The notes beneath the pieces were generated by a model. That model had not been told where the DNA came from. It worked only from the letters and a program-made list of their open reading frames with translations, and ran no database searches. A stretch of DNA of 64,000 nucleotides from assembly GCA_900545605.1 (NCBI GenBank), contig UQZL01000002.1, positions 43,943 to 107,942 of the forward strand, written 5' to 3'. This document shows, piece by piece, positions 1 to 8,898 of this stretch (the first letter of the stretch is position 1; the number at the start of each line of letters is the position of its first letter). The position numbers were made by a program, and so were the translations under genes. Source of the DNA: an uncultured Collinsella sp. Lineage in GTDB: Bacteria; Actinomycetota; Coriobacteriia; Coriobacteriales; Coriobacteriaceae.

Positions 1-432
1 GCTGCCCTCCATGCCAAAGAGGCCGTTGGCAACGATCAGCGACTTAAGGCCGATGATGATTGCAGCGCCGACGAAGGCGGGAATGATGGGGATAAAGATG
101 TCCGAGAATACCTTGAGGACCGAGAAGAACTTGCCCTTCTTGTCCGCCTCGGCGCCCTTGACCTCGGAAGCGCTGATCTCCTTAACGCCCGTCAGAGCCA
201 TAAACTCATCGTAAACCTTGTTGACGGTACCGGTACCGAAGATGATCATGAGCTGGCCGCTGTTGTACAGCACGCCCTTGACGCCATCGATGTTCTCGAG
301 CTCGGCCTTGTTGTATTTGCTCGTATCCTTGAGCACCAGACGCAGACGGGTCACGCAATGCGTGGCGCCCTCGATGTTCTCCAGTCCGCCGACGTTGTCG
401 ACGACTTGCTGGGACACTGCCTTGTAGTCCAT
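1..432 (-). CDS. PTS EIIBC(A) component, sucrose/beta-glucoside family, 5' part (runs off window)
   Basis: Not in the ORF track. Reverse strand from the ATG at 432 reads MDYKAVSQQVVDNVGGLENIEGATHCVTRLRLVLKD, the EIIB HCxTRLR phosphorylation motif. RBS-like GGAGAGGA upstream; directly downstream of a GH32 gene. Confidence 0.88.
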   Translation of the reverse strand, partial: MDYKAVSQQVVDNVGGLENIEGATHCVTRLRLVLKDTSKYNKAELENIDGVKGVLYNSGQLMIIFGTGTVNKVYDEFMALTGVKEISASEVKGAEADKKGKFFSVLKVFSDIFIPIIPAFVGAAIIIGLKSLIVANGLFGMEGS

Positions 433-477
433 GTTCCTCTCCATTCCTTTTCTAAATCATAAAACGGTTCGTTGCCG

Positions 478-1860
478 CTACAGAGACGCGATCGTTGCGT
501 TTGCGCACTTGAGCGCACCGTCGGTGACGGTAAGCGCCACACCCTGGCCCTGCTTGTTGCAGAAGCGAGCGTTGAGCGCAACATCATCGACAAAGATGGT
601 CGCGATGTCGTCGTCGACGACCAGACGCACATGGTGAGTGCCCTCGCCCTTAAAGAACAACGGACGCTCGAGGCCCATGTTGTTGACCTGGAACCACGGG
701 TACTGGGGAGCCGGCGTGAACTCGAGCTTGCCCTCGCGCAGGTTGGCGCGGAACTCATAGGCAAGACCAGTCTCGGCGTCCTCGGCGAACTTGACCGAGA
801 AGCCGGCAGCGTTACCGCCGAGCTCAATGTCGGCATCGAGCAAGTAGGTGGAGCCGGCATCCGCGGCGAGCACCTGCTCGACCTTGCCCGACTCGCAGGA
901 AAGCTCAAAGGCCTCGACTGCCTTAGCCTCGCCAAAGGCGCCAAGCATGCTGTCGGGGAGCTTGGTGCCGAGCGTTCCGTCGGCACGCTGAACGATCTCG
1001 AGGGGCATAAAAGTGCCACCCCACAGGTAAGAGCTGGGGTCGCCGCCCTCGTCGCGCGTCGGGACCCAACCAAAGAGAACGCGGCGCTCGCCATCGAATG
1101 CGGTGCGAGCGGCGTAGTACGCGCGGCCGTCGAAGGAGTCGTCAGCGGGGGTAATCCAAGGACCGTTGATGGACTTGGACATGCGGTAACGGGTCTTGTT
1201 GCCGTCGCTGTACTCGGAAAAGACGAGGTACCACCAGTCGCCCATCTTAAAGAGATCAGGCATCTCAAACATGGTGTACAGGCCCGGGTTCCACCAGTCG
1301 CCCTGGAACTCCCAGTTGGTCAGATCCTTGGAGGTGAACTTGACCAGGCGGCCGGTCATCAGACGCTTGTCCTCGCCCACACGCGTGCCGAGGATGAGCA
1401 TGTACTCTTCGTTCTCCTCATCCCAAAGCACAAAGGGATCGCGCCAGTTGCGGTCATCGTAACCCTCCTGGGGCGGAAGCAGCGTCTCGGCGATGTTCTT
1501 CTCCCACTTGACGGCGTCGTCGCTCGTCGCGTGAAGAAGAACCTGCTTCATCAAACGTGCGCGGACCTTATCGCGATTGCAACCAGTGTAGAGCGCATGG
1601 TACTTGTCGCCCACCTTAAACACCGTGCCGGCATAAATGTACTGGTCGACTTCCTCGTCGCCGCCGCGCTCAAGGCTCTCGCCAAAGTCCTTGTAGTTGA
1701 CGAAATCCTTGGTCGTAGCGAGTGCCCAGCCAAACGGCTCTCCGAAAGGTTCGGGGTTACGCGTGTCACGCTGATGATAGAGATAGAACGTGCCGTCCTC
1801 GCCGTACGGCATGATGTCGCCTACCCAAATTCCCTCAGGCTGGTAATACACCTTGTGCAT
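478..1860 (-). CDS. Glycoside hydrolase family 32 (beta-fructofuranosidase / sucrose-6-phosphate hydrolase-like)
   Basis: GH32-type motifs WVGDIMP, WRDP, FEMPDLF, YYAARTA. Start placed at ATG 1860 after GAAAGGAAG. Confidence 0.85.
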   Translation of the reverse strand: MHKVYYQPEGIWVGDIMPYGEDGTFYLYHQRDTRNPEPFGEPFGWALATTKDFVNYKDFGESLERGGDEEVDQYIYAGTVFKVGDKYHALYTGCNRDKVRARLMKQVLLHATSDDAVKWEKNIAETLLPPQEGYDDRNWRDPFVLWDEENEEYMLILGTRVGEDKRLMTGRLVKFTSKDLTNWEFQGDWWNPGLYTMFEMPDLFKMGDWWYLVFSEYSDGNKTRYRMSKSINGPWITPADDSFDGRAYYAARTAFDGERRVLFGWVPTRDEGGDPSSYLWGGTFMPLEIVQRADGTLGTKLPDSMLGAFGEAKAVEAFELSCESGKVEQVLAADAGSTYLLDADIELGGNAAGFSVKFAEDAETGLAYEFRANLREGKLEFTPAPQYPWFQVNNMGLERPLFFKGEGTHHVRLVVDDDIATIFVDDVALNARFCNKQGQGVALTVTDGALKCANATIASL

Positions 1861-1907
1861 CCGAGACTTCCTTTCCACGACATACTAACTCGGTACAATG
1901 GCAAGAT

Positions 1908-1988
1908 ATGTCAATCGTTTTCATATGTCAAACGTTTTCACACCAATACGTCTTTTCGCAGCTCCAGTCGTCGGCAAACGGTTGACAT
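1908..1988. promoter_or_regulatory. Three LacI/ScrR-type operators upstream of the GH32-PTS operon
   Basis: ATGTCAATCGTTTTCAT (1908), ATGTCAAACGTTTTCAC (1925) and the reverse complement ATGTCAACCGTTTGCC (1973-1988). All have the central CG typical of LacI sites. Confidence 0.7.
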
Positions 1989-2043
1989 ATGCCGGTGAAC
2001 GGTCATCCGAGGCGTTTGAGGAATTCTTTTGGCACGGGATGAA

Positions 2044-3054
2044 CTACGCGGTTTTGCCCTCAATGAGTTCAACGGGGAGCTTGATATTCGATTCGGGATT
2101 ATCGCCGTTAATAAGAGCGATGATGGATTGCGCCGCGAGCTCTCCGATGCGATCGATATCTTGACGTACGGTTGTTAAGTCAGGCATAAACGTCATAGTT
2201 CGGCGGGCACCATCCGCGCCCACGACCTTAATATCGTCTGGAGCGCTCAAGCCGCGCTGCTTCATCACGTTGAGACAGATGGCCGCCATCGTATCGTCTC
2301 CCGCAAAGATGCCGTCAATATCGGGGTTCTCATCGAGGATCTTCGCAACGACCGCGCCCTTTTCGTCGTCGGGCTTAACGAACTCAACCTCACGGACAAG
2401 CGCGGACAAACCGGCCTGCTCAACAACATCGAGGTAGGCATCGGTACGCTTATTGGCAGGCATGCGCATGCGGCTATTGCTGCGCAGGCACAGGATACGC
2501 CTGCAGCCGTCATCAATCAGACGGCGCGTGGCGAGCTCGCCAATGCCATAGCTGTCACTTGCAATCTGGACAGAGCCCTCGCCAAGATCGCAGTCGATGC
2601 CAACCAGGCTCAAGCCCATCTCGGCATATGCCTCGGCACCGATATTGAGGGAGTTGACGATGACGCCGTCGACCATATTGCGGCGGAGCATGTCAATATA
2701 GGAACGCTCAAGATCGGGTCGATTGGCGCTGTTGCACAGCAACATCTTAAAGCCGTTTTCCGCTAACGTGCGCTCGACCGCCTGCACAACCTGAGCATGG
2801 AACGGGCTGCTCACAAGGGGAACGATCATACCGATAAGGTTCAGGCGACCGTTGAGCATGGCACGGGCGATATCGTTGGGCGTATAGTTGATGCGCTCCA
2901 TCGCGGCATGGACCTTATCGCGGGTCTCTTGGCTAATATAGCCGCGATTATTAAGCACGCGAGATACCGTAGTAGGCGAAACCCCCGCCACCGCTGCAAC
3001 TTCCTTGATGCCAGGCTTAGCAGAATCCTTAGAACGAGCGCCCTCGCGAGCCAT
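2044..3054 (-). CDS. LacI-family repressor (ScrR-like)
   Basis: N-terminal HTH IKEVAAVAGVSPTTVSRVLNN and a sugar-binding domain. Start at 3054 after GGGGAGG. Confidence 0.9.
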   Translation of the reverse strand: MAREGARSKDSAKPGIKEVAAVAGVSPTTVSRVLNNRGYISQETRDKVHAAMERINYTPNDIARAMLNGRLNLIGMIVPLVSSPFHAQVVQAVERTLAENGFKMLLCNSANRPDLERSYIDMLRRNMVDGVIVNSLNIGAEAYAEMGLSLVGIDCDLGEGSVQIASDSYGIGELATRRLIDDGCRRILCLRSNSRMRMPANKRTDAYLDVVEQAGLSALVREVEFVKPDDEKGAVVAKILDENPDIDGIFAGDDTMAAICLNVMKQRGLSAPDDIKVVGADGARRTMTFMPDLTTVRQDIDRIGELAAQSIIALINGDNPESNIKLPVELIEGKTA

Positions 3055-3073
3055 AGCACCCTCCCCCATCAAC

Positions 3074-3090
3074 ATGTCAAACGTTTACAT
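3074..3090. promoter_or_regulatory. Autoregulatory LacI operator
   Basis: ATGTCAAACGTTTACAT, the same motif as at 1908-1988, just upstream of the LacI start. Confidence 0.65.
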
Positions 3091-3203
3091 ACGAACAAAG
3101 CATACCCCAACAACAGCGGGAAGACGGTAACAGCACAAGTAAGTAAACGACTCATCCAAATAATTAGGAGAGTTCCGCCTAAAGGGTGACTACACAGGAC
3201 CCC

Positions 3204-3333
3204 CGCCGGGCCGCTTTGGGTTACTTTCCAAAACATTTCCGCAGGACGCAAAGGGCTCCGCCGCGCGAAGCGCGCAGCGGAGCCCTTTGCATGTCCGAGG
3301 ACGTTTTGGAAAGTAACCCAAAGCGGCCCGGCG
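3204..3333. repeat. Long palindromic element, copy 1 (31-bp perfect outer arms and a conserved ~67-nt core)
   Basis: Arms 3204-3234 and 3303-3333 are exact reverse complements. The core matches the core at 40445-40511. Confidence 0.9.
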
Positions 3334-3355
3334 ATCCTGCGGGAGTTAAACCCCT

Positions 3356-3607
3356 TTAGAACTTGTCGTGGAAGGTACGCGAAATGACCTCGTCCTGCTG
3401 CTCCTTGGTGAGCGTGTGGAAGTTCACGGCATAGCCGGAAACGCGGATGGTCAGCTGCGGGTACTTCTCGGGGTGAGCCTGAGCATCGAGCAACGTCTCA
3501 CGGTTGAAGACGTTGATGTTCAGGTGGTGGCCACCCTTCTCGGCGTAAGCGTCGAGCATGTGGACCAGGTTATCGGCCTGAGTCTCGGAAACTTCAGAAA
3601 CCTTCAT
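3356..3607 (-). CDS. Autonomous glycyl-radical domain (C-terminal domain of a split PFL; GrcA/YfiD-like)
   Basis: HLNINV...[18 protein letters not shown] glycyl-radical motif; own RBS (AAGGAG) upstream of the ATG. Confidence 0.92.
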   Translation of the reverse strand: MKVSEVSETQADNLVHMLDAYAEKGGHHLNINVFNRETLLDAQAHPEKYPQLTIRVSGYAVNFHTLTKEQQDEVISRTFHDKF

Positions 3608-3692
3608 AATGTGTCTCCTTCGATCGATAGGCGCCGGCCGAAACCGGCGCGCTAATCAGTAATCGTTATTGTTAGTATAGCACTAACAATAG

Positions 3693-5744
3693 TTACTCGC
3701 CCAGCTGATCAAGGTCGATATCGCCAAAGAACACCTGGTCCTCCTTGCCGAGCGCACCCGGGATGATGGAGAAGGTGTTGGAGATGCCGTCCTGAGCATC
3801 GCGGAACGGGAGCTTGGATACCGAAGACAGCGAAGCGATGGCGCCGTGGCTATCGCGCTTGTGCATGGGGTTAGCACCCGGGGCGAACGGCTGGCCAGCC
3901 TTGCGGCCGTCGGGCGTAGATCCAGTCTTCTTACCGTACACGACGTTGGAGGTAATGGTCAGAACCGAGGTCGTGGGCACGGAGTTGCGGTAGGTGTCGT
4001 TCATGCGGATGTACTCCATGAACTGGTGCACAACGTCGTGAGCGATCTGGTCGACGCGGTCGTCGTCGTTACCGTACTTGGGGAACTCGCCCTCGGTCTC
4101 GAAGTCGACGATGATGCCGTTCTCGTCACGGATGGGGTGGACCTTGGCGTACTTGATGGCGGACAGGGAGTCAGCCACGACGGAAAGGCCAGCGATGCCC
4201 GTAGCGAACCAGCGGTGCACGTGCTTGTCGTGCAGAGCCATCTGGATGCGCTCGTAGCAGTACTTGTCGTGCATATAGTGAATGATGTTCAGCGAGTTGA
4301 CGTACACGCCAGCAAGCCACTTCATCATGTCGTTGTACTTGGCCACAACGTCGTCGTAATCGAGCGTATCGCCCTCGACGGCGCGGTACTTGGGGCCGAC
4401 CTGCTTCTTGGAGACCTCGTCAACACCGCCGTTGAGTGCGTACAGCAGGCACTTGGCCAGGTTGGCGCGAGCGCCGAAGAACTGCATCTCCTTGCCAATG
4501 CGCATGGAGGACACGCAGCAGGCAATGCCGTAGTCGTCGCCGTGATAGACGCGCATGAGGTCGTCGTTCTCGTACTGGATCGAGGAGCTGGCGACAGAAG
4601 TCTTGGCGCAGAACTTCTTGAAGTTCTCGGGCAGACGGGTCGACCACAGAACGGTCATGTTGGGCTCGGGGCTGGTGCCCATGTTCTCGAGCGTGTGCAG
4701 GTAGCGGTAGCTCATCTTGGTAACGAGCGTACGGCCGTCAACACCCATGCCGCCGATGGACTCGGTGACCCACTGCGGATCGCCGGTGAACAGGGCCTGG
4801 TACTCGGGGGTACGGGCAAACTTGACCATGCGGAGCTTCATGATGAAGTGATCCACGAACTCCTGGATCTGCTCCTCGGTGAAGGTACCGTTGGCAAGGT
4901 CGCGCTCAGCGTAGATGTCGATGAACGTAGAGGTACGGCCGATGGACATAGCGGCGCCGTTCTGCTCCTTGACGGCAGCAAGGTAGGCAAAGTACATCCA
5001 CTGGATGGCCTCCTGCGTGTTGGTAGCAGGGTTGGAAATATCGAAACCATAGGTCTCGGCCATCATCTTGAGCTCGCCGAGGGCGCGGATCTGCTCCTGC
5101 AGCTCCTCGCGGTCGCGGATGTTGTCGGCGGTCATGACCGTCGGGGTGGAAGCCTTCTGGGCCTCCTTGTCCTTGATCAGGTAGTCGACGCCGTACAGGG
5201 CAACACGACGGTAGTCGCCGATGATGCGGCCGCGGCCATAGCCATCGGGCAGACCGGTGATGATGTGAGCCGAGCGGCAAGCACGCATCTCGGGAGTGTA
5301 AACATCGAAGACGCCAGCGTTGTGGGTCTTACGCTCGAAGGTGTAGCGCTCGACAACGTTCTCGTCGACCTTATAGCCGTGCTGGCTGGCAGCCTGACAA
5401 GCGATGCGGATACCACCGTTGACGTGCAGCGCGCGCTTGAGCGGCTTGTCAGTCTGGAGGCCGACGATAGTCTCCTTGTCGCGATGGGCGTTATCGATGT
5501 AGCCAGCGGGGTGGCTCACGATACCTGTGACGATCTTGGTGTCCATATCGAGGACACCACCCTGCTCGCGCTCCTTAAGCAGCAGGTCGAGAACCTCGCC
5601 CCACAGCTCCTTGGTACGCTCGGTCGGGCCGGCGAGGAACGACTCGTCGCCCTCGTAGGGGGTGTAGTTCTTCTGGATGAAGTCTCGGACGTCAACCTCT
5701 CCCGTCCAGATGCCTTCCTTGAAGCCTTCCCATGCCTCCTGCAT
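3693..5744 (-). CDS. pflB: Pyruvate formate-lyase catalytic body lacking the glycyl-radical domain
   Basis: [33 protein letters not shown], active-site IACCVS. Ends after [16 protein letters not shown] with no RVSGY motif. Confidence 0.93.
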   Translation of the reverse strand: MQEAWEGFKEGIWTGEVDVRDFIQKNYTPYEGDESFLAGPTERTKELWGEVLDLLLKEREQGGVLDMDTKIVTGIVSHPAGYIDNAHRDKETIVGLQTDKPLKRALHVNGGIRIACQAASQHGYKVDENVVERYTFERKTHNAGVFDVYTPEMRACRSAHIITGLPDGYGRGRIIGDYRRVALYGVDYLIKDKEAQKASTPTVMTADNIRDREELQEQIRALGELKMMAETYGFDISNPATNTQEAIQWMYFAYLAAVKEQNGAAMSIGRTSTFIDIYAERDLANGTFTEEQIQEFVDHFIMKLRMVKFARTPEYQALFTGDPQWVTESIGGMGVDGRTLVTKMSYRYLHTLENMGTSPEPNMTVLWSTRLPENFKKFCAKTSVASSSIQYENDDLMRVYHGDDYGIACCVSSMRIGKEMQFFGARANLAKCLLYALNGGVDEVSKKQVGPKYRAVEGDTLDYDDVVAKYNDMMKWLAGVYVNSLNIIHYMHDKYCYERIQMALHDKHVHRWFATGIAGLSVVADSLSAIKYAKVHPIRDENGIIVDFETEGEFPKYGNDDDRVDQIAHDVVHQFMEYIRMNDTYRNSVPTTSVLTITSNVVYGKKTGSTPDGRKAGQPFAPGANPMHKRDSHGAIASLSSVSKLPFRDAQDGISNTFSIIPGALGKEDQVFFGDIDLDQLGE

Positions 5745-6210
5745 TGTGTAACCACGCTCCTAGTTACGTGTAATGCGGCGCTCTCTCACACCGCTGCTTA
5801 TTGAATTCTTGAATTTTCGGCTTGCACTACCGGTTTCTTCCGTTCTTCACTACACGTTGGTGCGGGAAAAACGTTTGTCCACCTTGGAACTACAACCCAA
5901 AACCCAAGATTTCACCCGTCTGAGAAGGATAACATAGCGACCCTCTCCATCTGGGCTGTTATATGTTTCTTTTTTTATATCATAATGGCGTTTTTTACAA
6001 ACCCGCAGGAAATGCGAGCGCGAACAACTACCGTTCACCGATTTGTTTGGTATTTTTCCTTGCCTTTGTACGACGTTCGCTCTAGCTGTTATGCCAGCTT
6101 TAGCAGGGTAAAGCGTCCCAGAGACCCTACAGAAACTGCAGGGCGGCCACGGAATCCCCCGTGGTCGCCCTGTGGCATGGCTAGTTTTTAGCTTTGATTG
6201 CCGCTTGGCA

Positions 6211-7230
6211 TTAGGCGGCTGCGGCGGCCTTGTCGGCCGTTGCCTTGCTATCGCCGTTGCCCTGGCCCTCAAAATGCTTGTAGCACCAGCTGGTGACCAG
6301 CGGGGTCAAAATAGCCGTAACGATTGCGCAGGCAGCAACCTGTGCCGTAGCCGTCGCGAGCACCGCACCGCCGTACATGGCCCCGTTGACGCTTGCCATG
6401 GCAGCAGGCGTGGCCACATTGGCTCCGGCGCAGCTCGAAATGGCCGCACCTGCGACACCCGTACCGCCCGTGAGCTTATCGACCGCGATAACGGGAATTG
6501 CAAAGACCACCGAGCAGATCACGCCGAGCAGAATACCGGGGAGACCGCCATTAATGAGCTGGCCAAAGGTCATGGTCGAGCCCATGGCAAAGAAGACGAG
6601 CACGATGATGGCGGAAAGTGCCGGTGCCATCATCTTCTTAAAGCTGGGGAACAGGTTACCCAGGATAATGCCGACGACGATCGGCAGAATGGCACCCACG
6701 AGCGACCAGCCGATCGGAGCCTGACCGGCAGCGCCGAGCACGATCATCGTGACCGGAGGGCCGACAACGAGCGTGGTGATGGCGACAGCGCCACGCTCGG
6801 CCTCGTTGCCCATGGTACCCATCAGCCCAGCGTACATAGCGTTGTTGGCGCCGGTGCAAGCCGCCAGCATCACCATGGCAGAGATGCCAAACAAGTTGTC
6901 GTTGAACACATAAAGGATGAGCAGCGACATGGCAACGACCACGATCTGCTTGACGGCGATGATGATGGCGCCGCGGGCAGCGGCGGCAGGAGCGCTCTTA
7001 AACGAAATCGTCGTACCGACGATGAGCAAAAAAGCGCCCACGAGCGGGCCAGCGCCCTGCTGGGTCATGCCAAGCGTAAAGCTGCCGAGCGTTTTGAACA
7101 GGTCGGGGAATAGCGTGTTGAGCAGACAGCCCAACAGAAGCGGCACCAAGATATTGGCGCCCGGGATGGAGGACATCTTAAAGAACGGCTCCTTTGCCGC
7201 CGGCGCCTCCACCGCAGCCGATTCACTCAT
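6211..7230 (-). CDS. 2-keto-3-deoxygluconate permease (KdgT) family transporter
   Basis: IPGANILVPLLLGCLLNTLFP...GSFT, SSCAGANVATP and QVAACAIVTAILTP patterns; polytopic membrane protein. Confidence 0.75.
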   Translation of the reverse strand: MSESAAVEAPAAKEPFFKMSSIPGANILVPLLLGCLLNTLFPDLFKTLGSFTLGMTQQGAGPLVGAFLLIVGTTISFKSAPAAAARGAIIIAVKQIVVVAMSLLILYVFNDNLFGISAMVMLAACTGANNAMYAGLMGTMGNEAERGAVAITTLVVGPPVTMIVLGAAGQAPIGWSLVGAILPIVVGIILGNLFPSFKKMMAPALSAIIVLVFFAMGSTMTFGQLINGGLPGILLGVICSVVFAIPVIAVDKLTGGTGVAGAAISSCAGANVATPAAMASVNGAMYGGAVLATATAQVAACAIVTAILTPLVTSWCYKHFEGQGNGDSKATADKAAAAA

Positions 7231-7338
7231 ATATATCTCCTTTGGATGCATGCGAATCGTAGCCGCATGCGCCTATATCAGAAAGAAGGCGACGGTCCCG
7301 AGTCGCAGGAGCCGTCGCCGAATAATCGTCGCGGAGTA

Positions 7339-8088
7339 TTACCCGTCCAGAACGATGCCACCGTCGCAGTCACCGATCTCGCCGTTCACGAAGCTGGCGA
7401 GGTCGGAAGCGAAGAACAGCACCATCTGCGCAGGCTCGCTGGCCTGGGCGGCGCGGCCCAGAGGAATACCGTTGATGATACGCTGAGAGTTCTCGTCAGA
7501 GAGAATCGAGGTCATATCGGTCAACGTGAGCGACGGGCACACGGCGTTACAGCGGACGCCAAACTTGCCGCCTTCCTTGGCGACTGCCTTGGTCAGGCCG
7601 TTGACACCGGCCTTAGAGCTCGCGTAGGCCGCGGTGCCGAGCAGGCCGCCACCGATCTTGCCAGCGACAGAGCTCACGTTGACGATAGTGCCGGCATGGG
7701 CCGCCTTAAAGTGCGGGTACACGGCGTTCATCATAGTGAAGGTACCGTTGAGGTTGATGTCGATGGTGCGACGCCACTCGGTGTCATCGATCTCGTCGAA
7801 CTTCTTGGTGCTGATGACGCCAGCGCAGTTGATCAGGATGTTGGTTTGCGGCAGGTCCGTAAAAATCTGCTCGACGGTCTCGCGCGCCTTGGGTGCATCG
7901 GCGACATCGAGCTGATAGAACTTGTTGCCCTCGCCAAGCTCGGCCACCGCGGCCTCGCCCTTAGCAGCGTTCCTTGCGATGAGCGCGACGTGTCCGCCGC
8001 CCGCAACGATGCCCTTGGCAATCTCGAGGCCAATGCCCTGAGTGCCGCCGGTAACGATCGCGGTTTTGCCCGTGAAGTCAAATGCCAT
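7339..8088 (-). CDS. Short-chain dehydrogenase/reductase (SDR)
   Basis: TGGTQGIG Rossmann motif, NCAG, catalytic YASSK. Confidence 0.92.
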   Translation of the reverse strand: MAFDFTGKTAIVTGGTQGIGLEIAKGIVAGGGHVALIARNAAKGEAAVAELGEGNKFYQLDVADAPKARETVEQIFTDLPQTNILINCAGVISTKKFDEIDDTEWRRTIDINLNGTFTMMNAVYPHFKAAHAGTIVNVSSVAGKIGGGLLGTAAYASSKAGVNGLTKAVAKEGGKFGVRCNAVCPSLTLTDMTSILSDENSQRIINGIPLGRAAQASEPAQMVLFFASDLASFVNGEIGDCDGGIVLDG

Positions 8089-8275
8089 GACTCCAACCCC
8101 CTTGATTCAGGTGTCTCCTTGCGGGAAGTTGGAGCATCGCACGTGGCGATAAATGAGTCCCAGTCGTCATGGTGGTGACAACCCCTCGCCTAACCGCGGG
8201 CATAATAGTTCTTTGAAACGCTTCAGCGATTGAATTTTTTACTCTTTATGCGCTCTTTATATTGCCCAGCAACCA

Positions 8276-8382
8276 GGTAGTTTTTGGGACATGCCTAGAG
8301 ATCTACCCCCTAACTTTACTGATACCGACGGTGTACGGAGGTCGCCTAAAGGTAGTTTTCTAGACATGTCCCAAAATCTACC
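8276..8382. repeat. Inverted-repeat cassette with GGTAG...CTACC arms
   Basis: GGTAGTTTTTGGGACATGCCTAGAGATCTACC and GGTAGTTTTCTAGACATGTCCCAAAATCTACC form an imperfect ~32-bp inverted repeat around a ~43-bp spacer. Confidence 0.75.
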
Positions 8383-8448
8383 GTATAGGGTGTGCGTGCA
8401 GGGGTATCATCTTCCACCGAAAATAGTTTCTAGTGTTAGGGGTTTTCG

Positions 8449-8898
8449 GTGGAAGATACCGATTTCCGTGAACTTGGGCGTCAGCTCCTTACCGAGTTCG
8501 GCAGCATGCATCAGCGCATTTCGCGTTTTGCGGACAAAGCCCTCGGCGGCGAGATGGCCGTCATGCGCGCCCTCATACTCGCCGGCGGTTCGCTCACGCC
8601 GAGCGAACTCGCTGATCGCGCCTGGGTCTCGAGCGCCCGCATCGCCAATATCTTACGCGCCCTCGAAGCCAAGGGCTGGGTCGAGCGCGAGCACTCAAAG
8701 ACCGACCGTCGTCGCGTGCACGTCACGGTGACCGACAAGGGATTCCAGGATCTCGAAATCAAACGCCGGGAATTCGAGGACCGCACCGCGGCTTTCCTCG
8801 AGCAGCTCGGCGAAACAGATACCCAAGAGATGGTGCGCCTTCTTAGACGTGCCAACGAAATTATCGACCGCAATCAAGAAAGGAGAGATGCCGAGTGA
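8449..8898 (+). CDS. MarR-family regulator
   Basis: 149-aa winged HTH (TPSELA...LEAKGWVER...DRRRVHV); its stop overlaps the start of the ABC gene. Confidence 0.9.
   Translation: MEDTDFRELGRQLLTEFGSMHQRISRFADKALGGEMAVMRALILAGGSLTPSELADRAWVSSARIANILRALEAKGWVEREHSKTDRRRVHVTVTDKGFQDLEIKRREFEDRTAAFLEQLGETDTQEMVRLLRRANEIIDRNQERRDAE

Noticed and set aside
3608..3692. Frameshift or pseudogene explanation for the PFL split
   Set aside because: The 85-bp spacer, dedicated RBS and non-homologous ends of both proteins are not what a single indel would give. Not fully excluded without comparison to relatives.
3846..5804. 652-aa plus-strand ORF and the many other long antisense ORFs (e.g. 472-1998, 22850-24562, 33994-35535, 54706-56352)
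   Set aside because: They mirror well-supported genes on the opposite strand, a known artefact of high third-position GC, and show no recognisable motifs.
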